Assembly: GCA_050173345.1 (NCBI GenBank)
Contig: JBFXKW010000001.1
Location: 678,342 to 742,341 of the forward strand
DNA: 64,000 nucleotides
From: Alphaproteobacteria bacterium
Lineage (GTDB): Bacteria > Pseudomonadota > Alphaproteobacteria > UBA828
Reading direction: 5' to 3'
This document shows, in pieces, positions 28,912 to 38,033 of this stretch. Under the pieces are notes generated by a model, which saw only the letters and a list, made by a program, of their open reading frames with translations, was not told the DNA's origin and made no database searches. Every line of letters begins with the position of its first letter. The first letter of the stretch is position 1. The position numbers were made by a program, and so were the translations under genes.

Positions 28912-28935
28912 TTGTAGTACGAACTTGTCAGACGC
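28912..28935. promoter_or_regulatory. Tandem palindromic operator, copy 5 (between divergent ligase and surE)
   Basis: TTGTAGTACGA-AC-TTGTCAGACGC. Confidence 0.6.
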
Positions 28936-28962
28936 ACAGCCAGGGACCGAGGCGGCCCGACC

Positions 28963-29763
28963 ATGACCAGCGCCAATGCCGACCCCGCGAAGCAACGCAT
29001 CCTGCTGACCAATGACGACGGCATCCACGCGCCCGGCATGGAGATCCTGGAACGCGTCGCGCAGGAGCTTTCGGACGATGTCTGGGTGGTCGCGCCCGAG
29101 GCCGAGCAGAGCGGCGCCTCTCATTCGCTCTCGATGACGACGCCGATCCGTATGCGCCAGATCGGCGAAAAGCGCTACGCGATCCGGGGCACGCCGACCG
29201 ACTGCGCCCTGATGGCCTATTACGAGATCATGCGCGATCGCCGGCCGACCGTGCTGATCTCCGGCATCAACCGCGGCGCCAACCTGGCCGAGGACGTGAC
29301 CTATTCCGGCACCTGCGCCGGCGCGATGGAGGGCGCGCAACTCGGCATCCGCTCGATCGCGCTCAGCCTCGTCTTCACCCTCGGCGGCAAGGCGCGCTGG
29401 GCGACCGCGGAGCGCTTCACGGGCGCGATCCTGCGCCATCTCCTGCAAATCGAGTGGCGGCCCAACTCGTTCATCAACGTGAACTTCCCGGACTGCGAGC
29501 CGCATGAGGTGACCGGCGTGAGGCTGACCACGCAGGGCCAGCGCCCGCCCGGCTCGTTCACGCTCGACCCCAGGATCGACGCGCGCAACGTGCCCTATTA
29601 TTGGGTCAAGATCAGCTACCAGAAGGGCGGCGAGCATCCCGAGACCGACCTTGAGGCCATCGCCGCGAACGCCATCTCGGTGACGCCGCTGCAGCTCGAT
29701 CTCACCCATCATGCCTGGCGTGGCGCCCTCGCCGACGGCATGAAGAACCTGCACATCTACTGA
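28963..29763 (+). CDS. surE: 5'/3'-nucleotidase SurE
   Basis: ILLTNDDG, QSGASHS, GTPTDC, SGINRGAN, YSGT, NVNFP, SVTPL. Confidence 0.94.
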   Translation: MTSANADPAKQRILLTNDDGIHAPGMEILERVAQELSDDVWVVAPEAEQSGASHSLSMTTPIRMRQIGEKRYAIRGTPTDCALMAYYEIMRDRRPTVLISGINRGANLAEDVTYSGTCAGAMEGAQLGIRSIALSLVFTLGGKARWATAERFTGAILRHLLQIEWRPNSFINVNFPDCEPHEVTGVRLTTQGQRPPGSFTLDPRIDARNVPYYWVKISYQKGGEHPETDLEAIAANAISVTPLQLDLTHHAWRGALADGMKNLHIY

Positions 29764-29803
29764 CCGGCGGAGTTTCGTGCTCAAACGCGAAAGGGAGGAT
29801 CAG

Positions 29804-30613
29804 ATGACCGCACTCGCAGGAAAAGTCGCGCTCGTCACCGGCGGCGGCACCGGCATCGGCAAGGGCATTGCCGAACGCTTCGGCCGCGAGGGCATGAAGA
29901 TCGCGGTCGCCGGGCTGGAGCAGGCCAAGAGCAAGGCGACGCAGTATTTCGGCCGCAAGCTCGGCGGCTATAGCGCGGCCAAGCAGGTCGCCGCCGCGAT
30001 CGGCAACGGCGCGATCGCGATCGAGGCCGACGTCACCGACAAGGCGGAGGTCGAGGCGATGGTGGCGCAGACGGTCAAGGCCTTCGGCCGGCTCGACGTG
30101 CTGGTCAATTGCGCCGGGCTGATCACCGCCCATCCGATCGCGGAGCTGACCGAGGAGGAGTGGGACAGCATCATCGACGTGAATCTCAAGGGCACCTACC
30201 TGACCAATCAGGCGGCGGTCGCCCAGATGCGCAAGCAGGGCGGCGGGCGGATCATCAACATCGCCTCGGTCGCCGGCAAGTTCGGCACCGCTACGCTGAC
30301 GCACTATTGCGCCTCGAAGTTCGGCGTGATCGGCTTCACCAACGCGCTCGCCAAGGAGGTCGCGCGCGAGGGCATCACGGTGAACGCAATCTGCCCCGGC
30401 ATCGTCGGTACCCAGATGTGGACGCTGCTGAACAAGGCCCTCGCTCTGCCCGGCGAGACGCCCGAGCAGACCTATGCCCGCGCCGTCGATCGCTACATCC
30501 CGCAGGGCGTCGAGCAGACCGAGGAGGACATGGCGGACCTCGCGGTCTACCTCGCCGCCGCGCCGCACGTCACCGGCCAGGCCATCAACGTCGACGGCGG
30601 CGCCGCGCTGTAG
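29804..30613 (+). CDS. SDR, acetoin/2,3-butanediol dehydrogenase-like
   Basis: TGGGTGIG, YCASK, NAICPGIVGTQMW; GGGAGG RBS. Confidence 0.9.
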   Translation: MTALAGKVALVTGGGTGIGKGIAERFGREGMKIAVAGLEQAKSKATQYFGRKLGGYSAAKQVAAAIGNGAIAIEADVTDKAEVEAMVAQTVKAFGRLDVLVNCAGLITAHPIAELTEEEWDSIIDVNLKGTYLTNQAAVAQMRKQGGGRIINIASVAGKFGTATLTHYCASKFGVIGFTNALAKEVAREGITVNAICPGIVGTQMWTLLNKALALPGETPEQTYARAVDRYIPQGVEQTEEDMADLAVYLAAAPHVTGQAINVDGGAAL

Positions 30614-30639
30614 AGGCACGCTGACTGCTCCCTGCTTTC

Positions 30640-30729
30640 GTCATTGCCGGGCTTGACCCGGGCATCCAGGGGCGGCGGCATTGCAGTTGCCGAGAAAGAC
30701 TGGATTGCCGGGTCAAGCCCGGCAATGAC
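30640..30729. repeat. Palindromic REP-like repeat family A, copy 3
   Basis: GTCATTGCCGGGCTTGACCCGGGCATCCAG ... CTGGATTGCCGGGTCAAGCCCGGCAATGAC. Confidence 0.88.
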
Positions 30730-30785
30730 GAAGAGGAAGACGGGAGGCGTTGGAACGGAACCGGCCGGGATCGGCCGTAACCGCC

Positions 30786-31544
30786 CTACTCCAGCAGCGC
30801 CTCGCGCAGCCGCATCCGCAAGCCGTCATCCACCTCCACCGCGTCGCGCAGATAGGCGTCGATCGAGCCGTGGAGGTCGGTCATCGAATCCACGGCGGTC
30901 TGCAAATATTCGCGCCGCGCCGAGGTGAGGATCGCCATGTCGGCCTCGTCGATCGGCAGGTTCAGCAGGTTCTTCACGTCGCGCCGGTAGGCGTTGGTCA
31001 GGAGATAGTCCTCGAACACGGTGTCGAGCGGCACGCCGAGCGCGAGCAGCAGCAGCGCAATGGTGAAGCCGGTGCGGTCCTTGCCGCTCGTGCAGTGGAT
31101 CACGGCCGGGCGCGAGTCATCCGTCGCGAGGCGCTGGAGGATCGAGGCGAAGACCGGCGCATGGTCGCGCGGCATGTGCCAGTAGTGGCCCTTGACCTCC
31201 TCGATGATCGCCTCGCCCCTCAGCCTTCCGGCACGCAGCGCGTCCAGCATGTCGAGCGTGCCGCGCGGGATGAAGCCCGGCTCGTAGCGCTCGATGCCGC
31301 AATCCTCGGGAAGCGCGCTCGGCGCGTGGCGGCGCTCGCCCGGCAGCCTGAGGTCGCAGACCAGCCGCACGCCGAGCGCGCGCAGCAGCGCATGATCCTT
31401 AGGGCTCAGCGCGCTCAGCGAATCCGAGCGGAACACGGTGCGCCAGCGCACGCGCCGGCCCTCGGCCGTCTCGTAGCCGCCGAGGTCACGGAAGTTGACC
31501 GTGCCTTCGAGGTCGAGACGCCTGACGGGAAGCGAGGTGCTCAT
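30786..31544 (-). CDS. Cys-based tyrosine/lipid phosphatase (IphP/MptpB-like)
   Basis: NFRDLGG, FRSD, DLR, HCTSGKDRTG P-loop, EDYLLTN; TGATG coupling to the upstream gene. Confidence 0.92.
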   Translation of the reverse strand: MSTSLPVRRLDLEGTVNFRDLGGYETAEGRRVRWRTVFRSDSLSALSPKDHALLRALGVRLVCDLRLPGERRHAPSALPEDCGIERYEPGFIPRGTLDMLDALRAGRLRGEAIIEEVKGHYWHMPRDHAPVFASILQRLATDDSRPAVIHCTSGKDRTGFTIALLLLALGVPLDTVFEDYLLTNAYRRDVKNLLNLPIDEADMAILTSARREYLQTAVDSMTDLHGSIDAYLRDAVEVDDGLRMRLREALLE

Positions 31545-32893
31545 CAGGGGAACAGCCGCTCCAGCCCGTCCGCCTTCATCTCGCCGAGCGAGGCGTACAT
31601 CGCCTCGCCCAGCCGCTCGATCTCGGCATCGCCCATCGGCGTCGAGAGGCAGCCGAGGCCGGTGGTGGACCAGAAGACGCCGTGATTCAGCAGGCGCCGC
31701 CACAGCTCCTCCATGGCCTGCGCGCCGCCGGCCGCGTTGGCGCGGTAAACGTCGCGATAGGTTTCGGGCTTCTCCTTGGCGAAGGTGATGACGATCAGCG
31801 AGCCTTCGCCGAGCACCTGCGCGCTGACGCCGGCGGCGCGGAACGCCCCGCGCACGACCTCCCGCGCCTCCTCGCCGAGCGCGTTGAGGCGCGCCAACGC
31901 CTCCCTGGTGGTCAGCGTCATCGAGGCGACGCCCGCCGCCATGGTGAGCGGGTTCGCGGTGAAGGTGCCGGATTGCGGCACAGGGGCCTTGCCCTTGGTC
32001 TGATCGAACGCGGCCATCGCGCCGGCCCGCCCCGCGAGCGCGCCGACCGCGAGGCCGCCGCCGATCACCTTGCCGAGCGTCGTGATGTCGGGCTCGATCC
32101 CACAGAGCGTCTGCGCGCCGCCATGGTCGAGCCGGAAGGTGACGATCTCGTCGAGGATGAAGAGCGCACCGCCCTTGCGCGTATAGTCCCGCACCAGCGC
32201 GACGTATTCGGGCGTGACCGGCACGCCGCCGCAGCGCGACGGCACGGCGTCGAGCAGGAACGCCGCAAGCTCGCCCTGGTGGCGGTCGAGGATGCGGCGC
32301 GTCCCCTCCAAATCGTTGAACGGCACTGCCACGACGTCCTGCAGCATGCCCTCCGGCGCGGCCTTGGCGAAGCCGACCGAAGCGGGCGCGTCCCGCCCCC
32401 AATGCTGCGGGTCGGGGTCGAGGCTGACCTCCGCATAGTCATAGGCGCCGTGATAGACGCCTTCGCACTTGGCGATCTTGCTGCGCCCGGTCACGGCGCG
32501 CGCCGCCTTGATCGCGTGCATCACCGCCTCGGTGCCCGTGTTGCAGAAGCGGATCTGCTCGAAGGAGGCCGCGCGCGGCACGATCAGCTCGGCAAGCTCG
32601 ATCTCGAGCTCGGTCGCGAAGTTGAAGCCGGTGCCCTTCGCGGCTTGCGTCTGGATCGCTTCGACGATCGCCGGGTGGCCGTGGCCGTGCAATTGGGTGG
32701 TGAAGTTGTTGACGAAGTCGATGCGCTCGACGCCGTCGACATCGGTGATGCGGCAGCCCTTGGCCTCGCGCGCGTAGATCAGATAGGGCCGCATGAAGGT
32801 CTGCCCGCGCGTCGAGCCGCCGGGGAACACCTTCTTGGCGCGCTCGAACAGCGCGGCCGAGCGCGAGTTGGGGTCGGGGAAGCGCACGGTCAC
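31544..32893 (-). CDS. Class III aminotransferase, GSA-aminomutase/beta-amino-acid transaminase-like
   Basis: FPGGSTR, FCNTGTEA, YHG, DEIVTFR, TLGKVIGGG, SGTFTANP; GTG start. Confidence 0.9.
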   Translation of the reverse strand: MTVRFPDPNSRSAALFERAKKVFPGGSTRGQTFMRPYLIYAREAKGCRITDVDGVERIDFVNNFTTQLHGHGHPAIVEAIQTQAAKGTGFNFATELEIELAELIVPRAASFEQIRFCNTGTEAVMHAIKAARAVTGRSKIAKCEGVYHGAYDYAEVSLDPDPQHWGRDAPASVGFAKAAPEGMLQDVVAVPFNDLEGTRRILDRHQGELAAFLLDAVPSRCGGVPVTPEYVALVRDYTRKGGALFILDEIVTFRLDHGGAQTLCGIEPDITTLGKVIGGGLAVGALAGRAGAMAAFDQTKGKAPVPQSGTFTANPLTMAAGVASMTLTTREALARLNALGEEAREVVRGAFRAAGVSAQVLGEGSLIVITFAKEKPETYRDVYRANAAGGAQAMEELWRRLLNHGVFWSTTGLGCLSTPMGDAEIERLGEAMYASLGEMKADGLERLFP

Positions 32894-32898
32894 GCGGC

Positions 32899-34710
32899 TC
32901 AGCTCCCGCCCCGCCACTGGGCGCGCAGCTTCGCGGTCGCGGCCTCGTCGATGGCGAGGGTCTCCGCCTCGGCGTCGCCGCTCAGCACCACGCCATAGAT
33001 CTCGCGCGCCGCATCGACCGAGACGTAGCGCTCCAGCACGTCGTCGAGCACGCGCTTCGGGTCGCGCTCCAGGGGGTCGCCATAGCCGCCGCCGCCATTG
33101 TCGGTGCCGCGCACATACTCGCCCGGATGGAAGGTCTCGAGGAACAGGTTGGGCAGCTTGGTCTCGTTGCCGTTGGCGCTGACCCGCCAGCTTCCCGCGG
33201 CGGCGCCCGGCCCGCCGCCGCGCACGCCGCGCGGCGGGTTGATCTGGCCGTCGCAGACCACCGCGATCGTCATCGGGTCGCGCTTCGGGCCGAACACGAT
33301 CTCGCCCTGCGGCCCGCCGCGATAGCGCCCCGGCCCCGCGCTGTCCTGCACCAGCCTGAGCGACTTGATCTCGATCGGCTGCTTGACCTCGTCGAGCTCG
33401 ACGCTGTCCCGGTACATCAGCCCGCCGACGACAGGTAAACCAAACGTGACCCAGCCGTCCGCCGCCGGCGAGGCCGGGCCGCCATTGGTGCAGGCGATCA
33501 GCTGGTTGACATAGGGCTCGCCGTTGCGGCGGAAGTCGCTGCCGGCGATCACCGCGAAGCCGGCGCCCATAGCGCCGCCGCCCTCGGCCAGGCCCCAGCC
33601 GTCGCCAAGCTGGGCGAAGGCGCTCTGCGTGATGTTGACCAGGCGGTCGCCGACATTGGTGGTCGCGACCGAGCAGGAATGCGGGAAGGCCGGCCGGCCC
33701 ACCACGCAATCGTCCTTGAGATGCACCCGCATGCGGCGGAACGAGCCCGAATTGTGCGGCGTGTCGGGGTCGAGGCAGTTGAACACCCCGGTCACCACAT
33801 TGTTGATGGCGCAGGCCTCGGACTCGTTGAGCCCGCAATCGAGGCATTCGATGTTGTCTCGCAGGTCGATGTCGATCATCGCGCTATCGGGATCGACCTC
33901 GACGATCACCTTGATCGGCACGCCGTCGGGCACCACGCCCTCGATCGGGTCGTGCCCGCCGCGGTTCTCGAGGCGCACCTTGGGCAGCTTCTTGATCGAC
34001 TGGATCATGCGCTGCTCGGAATAATCGAGCCAGCGCGCGATGAATTCCTTGACCGTCGCCTTGCCGTACTTGGCGCAGAACTCCTTGAGCCGGCGCTCCG
34101 CGATGCGCGCCGCGCCGAGCTCGGCCAGGAAATCGCCGTACCATTGCTCGGGCACGCGGATGCGCTTCTCGCACATGCGGATCACGTCGTCGATCATCTT
34201 GTAGTCGCGCTGCACGCGGACGCACGGAAAGATGATCGAGCCTTCCTCGTATACGTCCTTGGCGGAGGCGTGATAGGTGGTCGGCGCCGAGTTGCCGATG
34301 TCGGCCTGGTGCGCCTTGGCGCAGGCCGTGAACAGATGCTCGCCCTCGAAGAAGACCGGCACCAGGATCATGTGGTCGGCCGGGTGCGTGTTGCCGAGAT
34401 AGGGATCGTTGTGCAGGAAGGCATCGCCTTCCGCGAGATCCTTGTGCAGCGCGCACATCGAGGCGCTCTGCAGGTGCGAGCCGAAGATGTGCACCGGCAG
34501 GCCCTCGGCGGAGGAGAACAGCTGGTTATCGCCGGTGGTGATCGCACAGGAGAAGTCGCGCGCGACCGCGAGCACCGCCGAGCGCGCAGCGCGCAGCAGC
34601 GTGTTCGACATCTCGCGCACGATGCCGTCGACCCGGTTGGCCATCACCGCCATCAGGACGGGATCGAGCGTGTCGCCGCCCGCCGCTGTCGTGCTTGCCT
34701 TGGTCGCCAT
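32899..34710 (-). CDS. hyuB: Hydantoinase B / 5-oxoprolinase beta-type subunit
   Basis: RDFS, HNDPYLGNTHPAD, KAHQADIG, DSAGPGRYRGG, GGGGYGDP. Confidence 0.92.
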   Translation of the reverse strand: MATKASTTAAGGDTLDPVLMAVMANRVDGIVREMSNTLLRAARSAVLAVARDFSCAITTGDNQLFSSAEGLPVHIFGSHLQSASMCALHKDLAEGDAFLHNDPYLGNTHPADHMILVPVFFEGEHLFTACAKAHQADIGNSAPTTYHASAKDVYEEGSIIFPCVRVQRDYKMIDDVIRMCEKRIRVPEQWYGDFLAELGAARIAERRLKEFCAKYGKATVKEFIARWLDYSEQRMIQSIKKLPKVRLENRGGHDPIEGVVPDGVPIKVIVEVDPDSAMIDIDLRDNIECLDCGLNESEACAINNVVTGVFNCLDPDTPHNSGSFRRMRVHLKDDCVVGRPAFPHSCSVATTNVGDRLVNITQSAFAQLGDGWGLAEGGGAMGAGFAVIAGSDFRRNGEPYVNQLIACTNGGPASPAADGWVTFGLPVVGGLMYRDSVELDEVKQPIEIKSLRLVQDSAGPGRYRGGPQGEIVFGPKRDPMTIAVVCDGQINPPRGVRGGGPGAAAGSWRVSANGNETKLPNLFLETFHPGEYVRGTDNGGGGYGDPLERDPKRVLDDVLERYVSVDAAREIYGVVLSGDAEAETLAIDEAATAKLRAQWRGGS

Positions 34711-34724
34711 GACGCTCTCCTTCC

Positions 34725-36806
34725 TCAACCGATCTCGACCAGGTAATTGCCCTGGGTGCCGAGCCGGGCGCGGCTGCCCGGATAGATCACGATGGTGGTG
34801 GTCGGCTCCTCGATCACCGCCGGGCCCTCGATCGAAGCACCCGGCTTCAGCTCACCGCCGACGAAGATAGGCGCCTTCACCTCGCCGCTCTCATCGAAAT
34901 AGGCGGCACGCTCGGCATGCGGTTTCGGCGCATAGACCGCGGCGGGCGCCGGCGACGCCTCGCCGCGCGCGACGCCGGGCAGGCGCACCGCGACGCGGCC
35001 CTTCCAGTTCAGGCACTCCACGGGGTTGCGCTCGTCGATCACGGCGAACACCCGATCGTGCACCACGTTGAAGGCCTGCGCCAGCGCCGCGACGTCCGCA
35101 TCCGACTTGAAGCGCGTCACCGGCAGGGGCACGTCGAGCTCCCACACCTGATAGAGATAGCGCGCCTCGACGAAGAACTCCTTGGATACCTCGCTGCCGG
35201 CGTGACCCTTGAGGCCGGCGACGAAGCGGTCGAGCTCCTGCTCGATCGCATCGAGCGCGGCGTTGACGCCCTCGCGATCGAACGCGCTGGTCAGGGTCAG
35301 CCGGCTCGCGCTGTGCTCGGACACGATGTCGGAGAACTGCATGCCGCAGGCCGACAGCGCGCCCGCCGTGCGCGGCACCAGCACGCGGGCGCAGCCGAGC
35401 TCGCGCGCGATCGGCACGATGTTGAGCCCGGCCGCGCCGCCGCCCGCCACCACCACGCTCTCGCGCGGGTTGACGCCCTCATTGATGGTGATCTCGCGGA
35501 TCGCCTTGATCATGTGCTCGCTGGCAAGCGTCATGATGGCGGAGGCCGTGCGCTCGATCGTGAGGCCGAGCGGCTCGGCGATCTTGCGGATGGCCCGCTT
35601 CGACGCTTCGGCGTCGAGCTTCATGCGGCCGCCGAGGAAGAAGGCGGGGTCGAGATAGCCGAGCACGAGCGCGGCATCCGTCACGGTCGGCTCGGTGCCG
35701 CCGGCGCCATAGCAGGCCGGCCCCGGCACCGCACCTGCACTATGTGGGCCGACGCGCAGCAGCCCGCCCGGGTCGATCCAGGCGATCGAGCCGCCGCCCG
35801 CGCCGATCGAGCGCACGTCGACCGTAGACATGCTCATGATATGGCCGGTCCAGCGCGGCCCGAGCCAACTCTCGCGGGTGAACACCAGCTCGTTGTCGCG
35901 CACCAGGCCGACGTCGAAGGTGGTGCCGCCGGTATCGCAGACGATCGAGTCCTTGCCGAGCCCTTCCATGCGCGTGTAGGTGCGGCCCGCGACCGGCGCC
36001 ATGGCGGGACCAGACTTCACGGTGTGGATCGGCCGCTCGACCAGCTCGTCGACGTTCATGCAGCCGCCGATCGAGGTCGAGACCAGGATCTCGCCGGCGA
36101 AGCCCGCCTCGCGCAGGTCGTTGCCCATGTCGCGCAGATGGCGCTGCATCAGCGGCTTAAGCGAAGCGTCGATCGCGGTGGCCGAGGCGCGCCGGTATTC
36201 GCGCAGGATCGGGATCAGCTTGTGGGAGAGCGTGTAGGGCACGCCCGGCAGGTGCTCCTCGATCAGCCGGCCGACCGCCTCCTCGTGCGCCGGGTTGAGC
36301 ACCGACCAGAGGAAGCACACCGCGACCGCCTCGAAGCCGCGGCGCTTGAACCGGCCGAGCAGCTCGACCACCTGCGCCGTATCGAGCGGCGTGCGCACCT
36401 CGCCCTCGGCGCTGATCCGCTCGTCGACCTCGAAGGTGTAGCGCCGCGGGATGTAGGGCGCCGGGAAGTCGTGCGTGAAGTCGTGCGGGTTTGTCTTGCC
36501 GCCTTCGCGCATGACCAGCACGTCGGGGAAGCCGGCCGTGGTGAGCAACGCGGTCTTGGCCGTCTTGCCCTGCACGATGGCATTGACCGCACGCGTCGTG
36601 CCGTAGATCAGCGTGGTCGACTGCGAGAAGAGCTGCGCGAGGTCGAGGCCGAGCTCGGCCGCGGCGTTCTCGATGGCGCCGCGCATGCCGACGAAGATGC
36701 GGTCCGGCGTGGTCGGCGCCTTGCCGAGCACGCGGATGCCGCCCTCATCGGCGACGACGACATCGGTGAAGGTGCCGCCGGTATCGACGGAAATACGATA
36801 GGCCAT
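34725..36806 (-). CDS. hyuA: Hydantoinase A / 5-oxoprolinase ATP-binding subunit
   Basis: VDTGGTFTD, GTT, SGPA, DTGGTTFD, SIGAGGGS, SAGAVPGPACY, PTVTDA. Confidence 0.93.
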   Translation of the reverse strand: MAYRISVDTGGTFTDVVVADEGGIRVLGKAPTTPDRIFVGMRGAIENAAAELGLDLAQLFSQSTTLIYGTTRAVNAIVQGKTAKTALLTTAGFPDVLVMREGGKTNPHDFTHDFPAPYIPRRYTFEVDERISAEGEVRTPLDTAQVVELLGRFKRRGFEAVAVCFLWSVLNPAHEEAVGRLIEEHLPGVPYTLSHKLIPILREYRRASATAIDASLKPLMQRHLRDMGNDLREAGFAGEILVSTSIGGCMNVDELVERPIHTVKSGPAMAPVAGRTYTRMEGLGKDSIVCDTGGTTFDVGLVRDNELVFTRESWLGPRWTGHIMSMSTVDVRSIGAGGGSIAWIDPGGLLRVGPHSAGAVPGPACYGAGGTEPTVTDAALVLGYLDPAFFLGGRMKLDAEASKRAIRKIAEPLGLTIERTASAIMTLASEHMIKAIREITINEGVNPRESVVVAGGGAAGLNIVPIARELGCARVLVPRTAGALSACGMQFSDIVSEHSASRLTLTSAFDREGVNAALDAIEQELDRFVAGLKGHAGSEVSKEFFVEARYLYQVWELDVPLPVTRFKSDADVAALAQAFNVVHDRVFAVIDERNPVECLNWKGRVAVRLPGVARGEASPAPAAVYAPKPHAERAAYFDESGEVKAPIFVGGELKPGASIEGPAVIEEPTTTIVIYPGSRARLGTQGNYLVEIG

Positions 36807-36868
36807 GACGTCTCCAAGAACCTCGATCTCTAGTTGTTGTTGGTTAGCTGGCGCCGCTTTCCTGTTCC

Positions 36869-36968
36869 GTCATGGCCCTCCTCCGGCTTGACCGGGGGAT
36901 TGGCCGAGCCATCCATCGGGCAGCGAGTGAGTTGCTCAATGGGTCCCCCGGTCAAGCCGGGGGACGAC
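36869..36968. repeat. Palindromic REP-like repeat family A, copy 4
   Basis: GTCATGGCC..CCGGCTTGACCGG..ATCCA ... TGGGTCCCCCGGTCAAGCCGGGGGACGAC; closely resembles copy 7. Confidence 0.82.
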
Positions 36969-37019
36969 GCAGTGACGGCACGACAAATCATCACCATGCT
37001 GACGAACCTGCACCATCAC

Positions 37020-37910
37020 CTAGCCGTGCGCCGGAAGGTGCTCGCGATACCAGGCAAGCGTCGCGTCCATGACCTGGCTGAAGGCCGGCTCGAAATAGAC
37101 CTGGTAGTGGCCGACGCCCTTGAGCGTGACCAGGCGCTTCGGCTCGCCCGCCTTCTCGAACATGGCGTAGCTCTCCTCGGGCGGCACCAGGCGGTCGTCA
37201 TCGGCGGTGATGAAGAGCACCGGGCGCGGTGCGATCTTGTCGACCACCCACTCGGCGTTGAAGCCGAGCGTGTCGTCTACGTATTCGAGCGGCAGGGTGT
37301 TGATCGCCGCCGGGTTCTGCTCGCGCGCCTTGCTGGAAATCTCGTTCGACTGCCGGTCGGGCAGCAGGATGAGATCGCGGTCGACGATCTCCGATTCACC
37401 GGTCGTGGCGCGGCGCGCGCGGTCGGCGGCCGAGCGGTCGAGCAGGTCGAACCACTCGTCGGGGTGGCGCACGCTGCGCATCCAGCGCCTTCCATTGCCG
37501 ACGCCGACCACGCTGACCACGCAGCGGACGCGCTGGTCGATCGCGGCGGTGAAGCTCACCGTGGCGCCGCCATAGCTCGTGCCGTAAAGGCCGAGCCGGT
37601 CGGCCGACACTTCGGGCTGCATCGCGAGGAAGCTCAGGGCGGCCTGTGCGTCGGCGACCCGGCTGAACGGCGCGAGCCGGCCGCGCGCGCCCGCGCTCTC
37701 GCCCCAGCCCTTGTAGTCGAAGGTCAGCACGACGTAGCCCGCCTCGTTCAGCGCCTTCGCGTTGTCGGGCAGGAACAGATCCTTGACCCCGGTATAGCCG
37801 TGGCAGAGCACGATGCCGGCGCGCCGCTCGCCGCTTTTCAGGCCGTCAGGCAGATAGAGATCGCCAACCAGTTTGACTCCCTCGCTGAAGAAGCTTACGG
37901 GTTTTTTCAT
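37020..37910 (-). CDS. Alpha/beta-fold serine hydrolase
   Basis: LCHGY, FDYKGWGES, GTSYGG nucleophile elbow, DDRLVP, GVGHY. Confidence 0.9.
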   Translation of the reverse strand: MKKPVSFFSEGVKLVGDLYLPDGLKSGERRAGIVLCHGYTGVKDLFLPDNAKALNEAGYVVLTFDYKGWGESAGARGRLAPFSRVADAQAALSFLAMQPEVSADRLGLYGTSYGGATVSFTAAIDQRVRCVVSVVGVGNGRRWMRSVRHPDEWFDLLDRSAADRARRATTGESEIVDRDLILLPDRQSNEISSKAREQNPAAINTLPLEYVDDTLGFNAEWVVDKIAPRPVLFITADDDRLVPPEESYAMFEKAGEPKRLVTLKGVGHYQVYFEPAFSQVMDATLAWYREHLPAHG

Positions 37911-38033
37911 CGGCTCCGATCCGGCGGATGGGTGGCACGCCCGCCGCTGGCCGGACGGGCCGGCGTAGATCAACCCAGATCGCCGGGCGAAGCAAGCGCC
38001 GAGACCGCTTGCCGCCGGGCAGAGGATGCCTCG

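Noticed and set aside
31544-32893. hemL (glutamate-1-semialdehyde aminomutase)
   Set aside because: Lacks the GVNSPVR signature (has GGSTRGQTF) and sits in a catabolic operon with no tetrapyrrole genes
37933-37948. Sigma54 promoter (TGGCACG) upstream of the omega-transaminase
   Set aside because: The -12 element reads CCGC rather than TTGC, and no enhancer-binding protein gene is nearby
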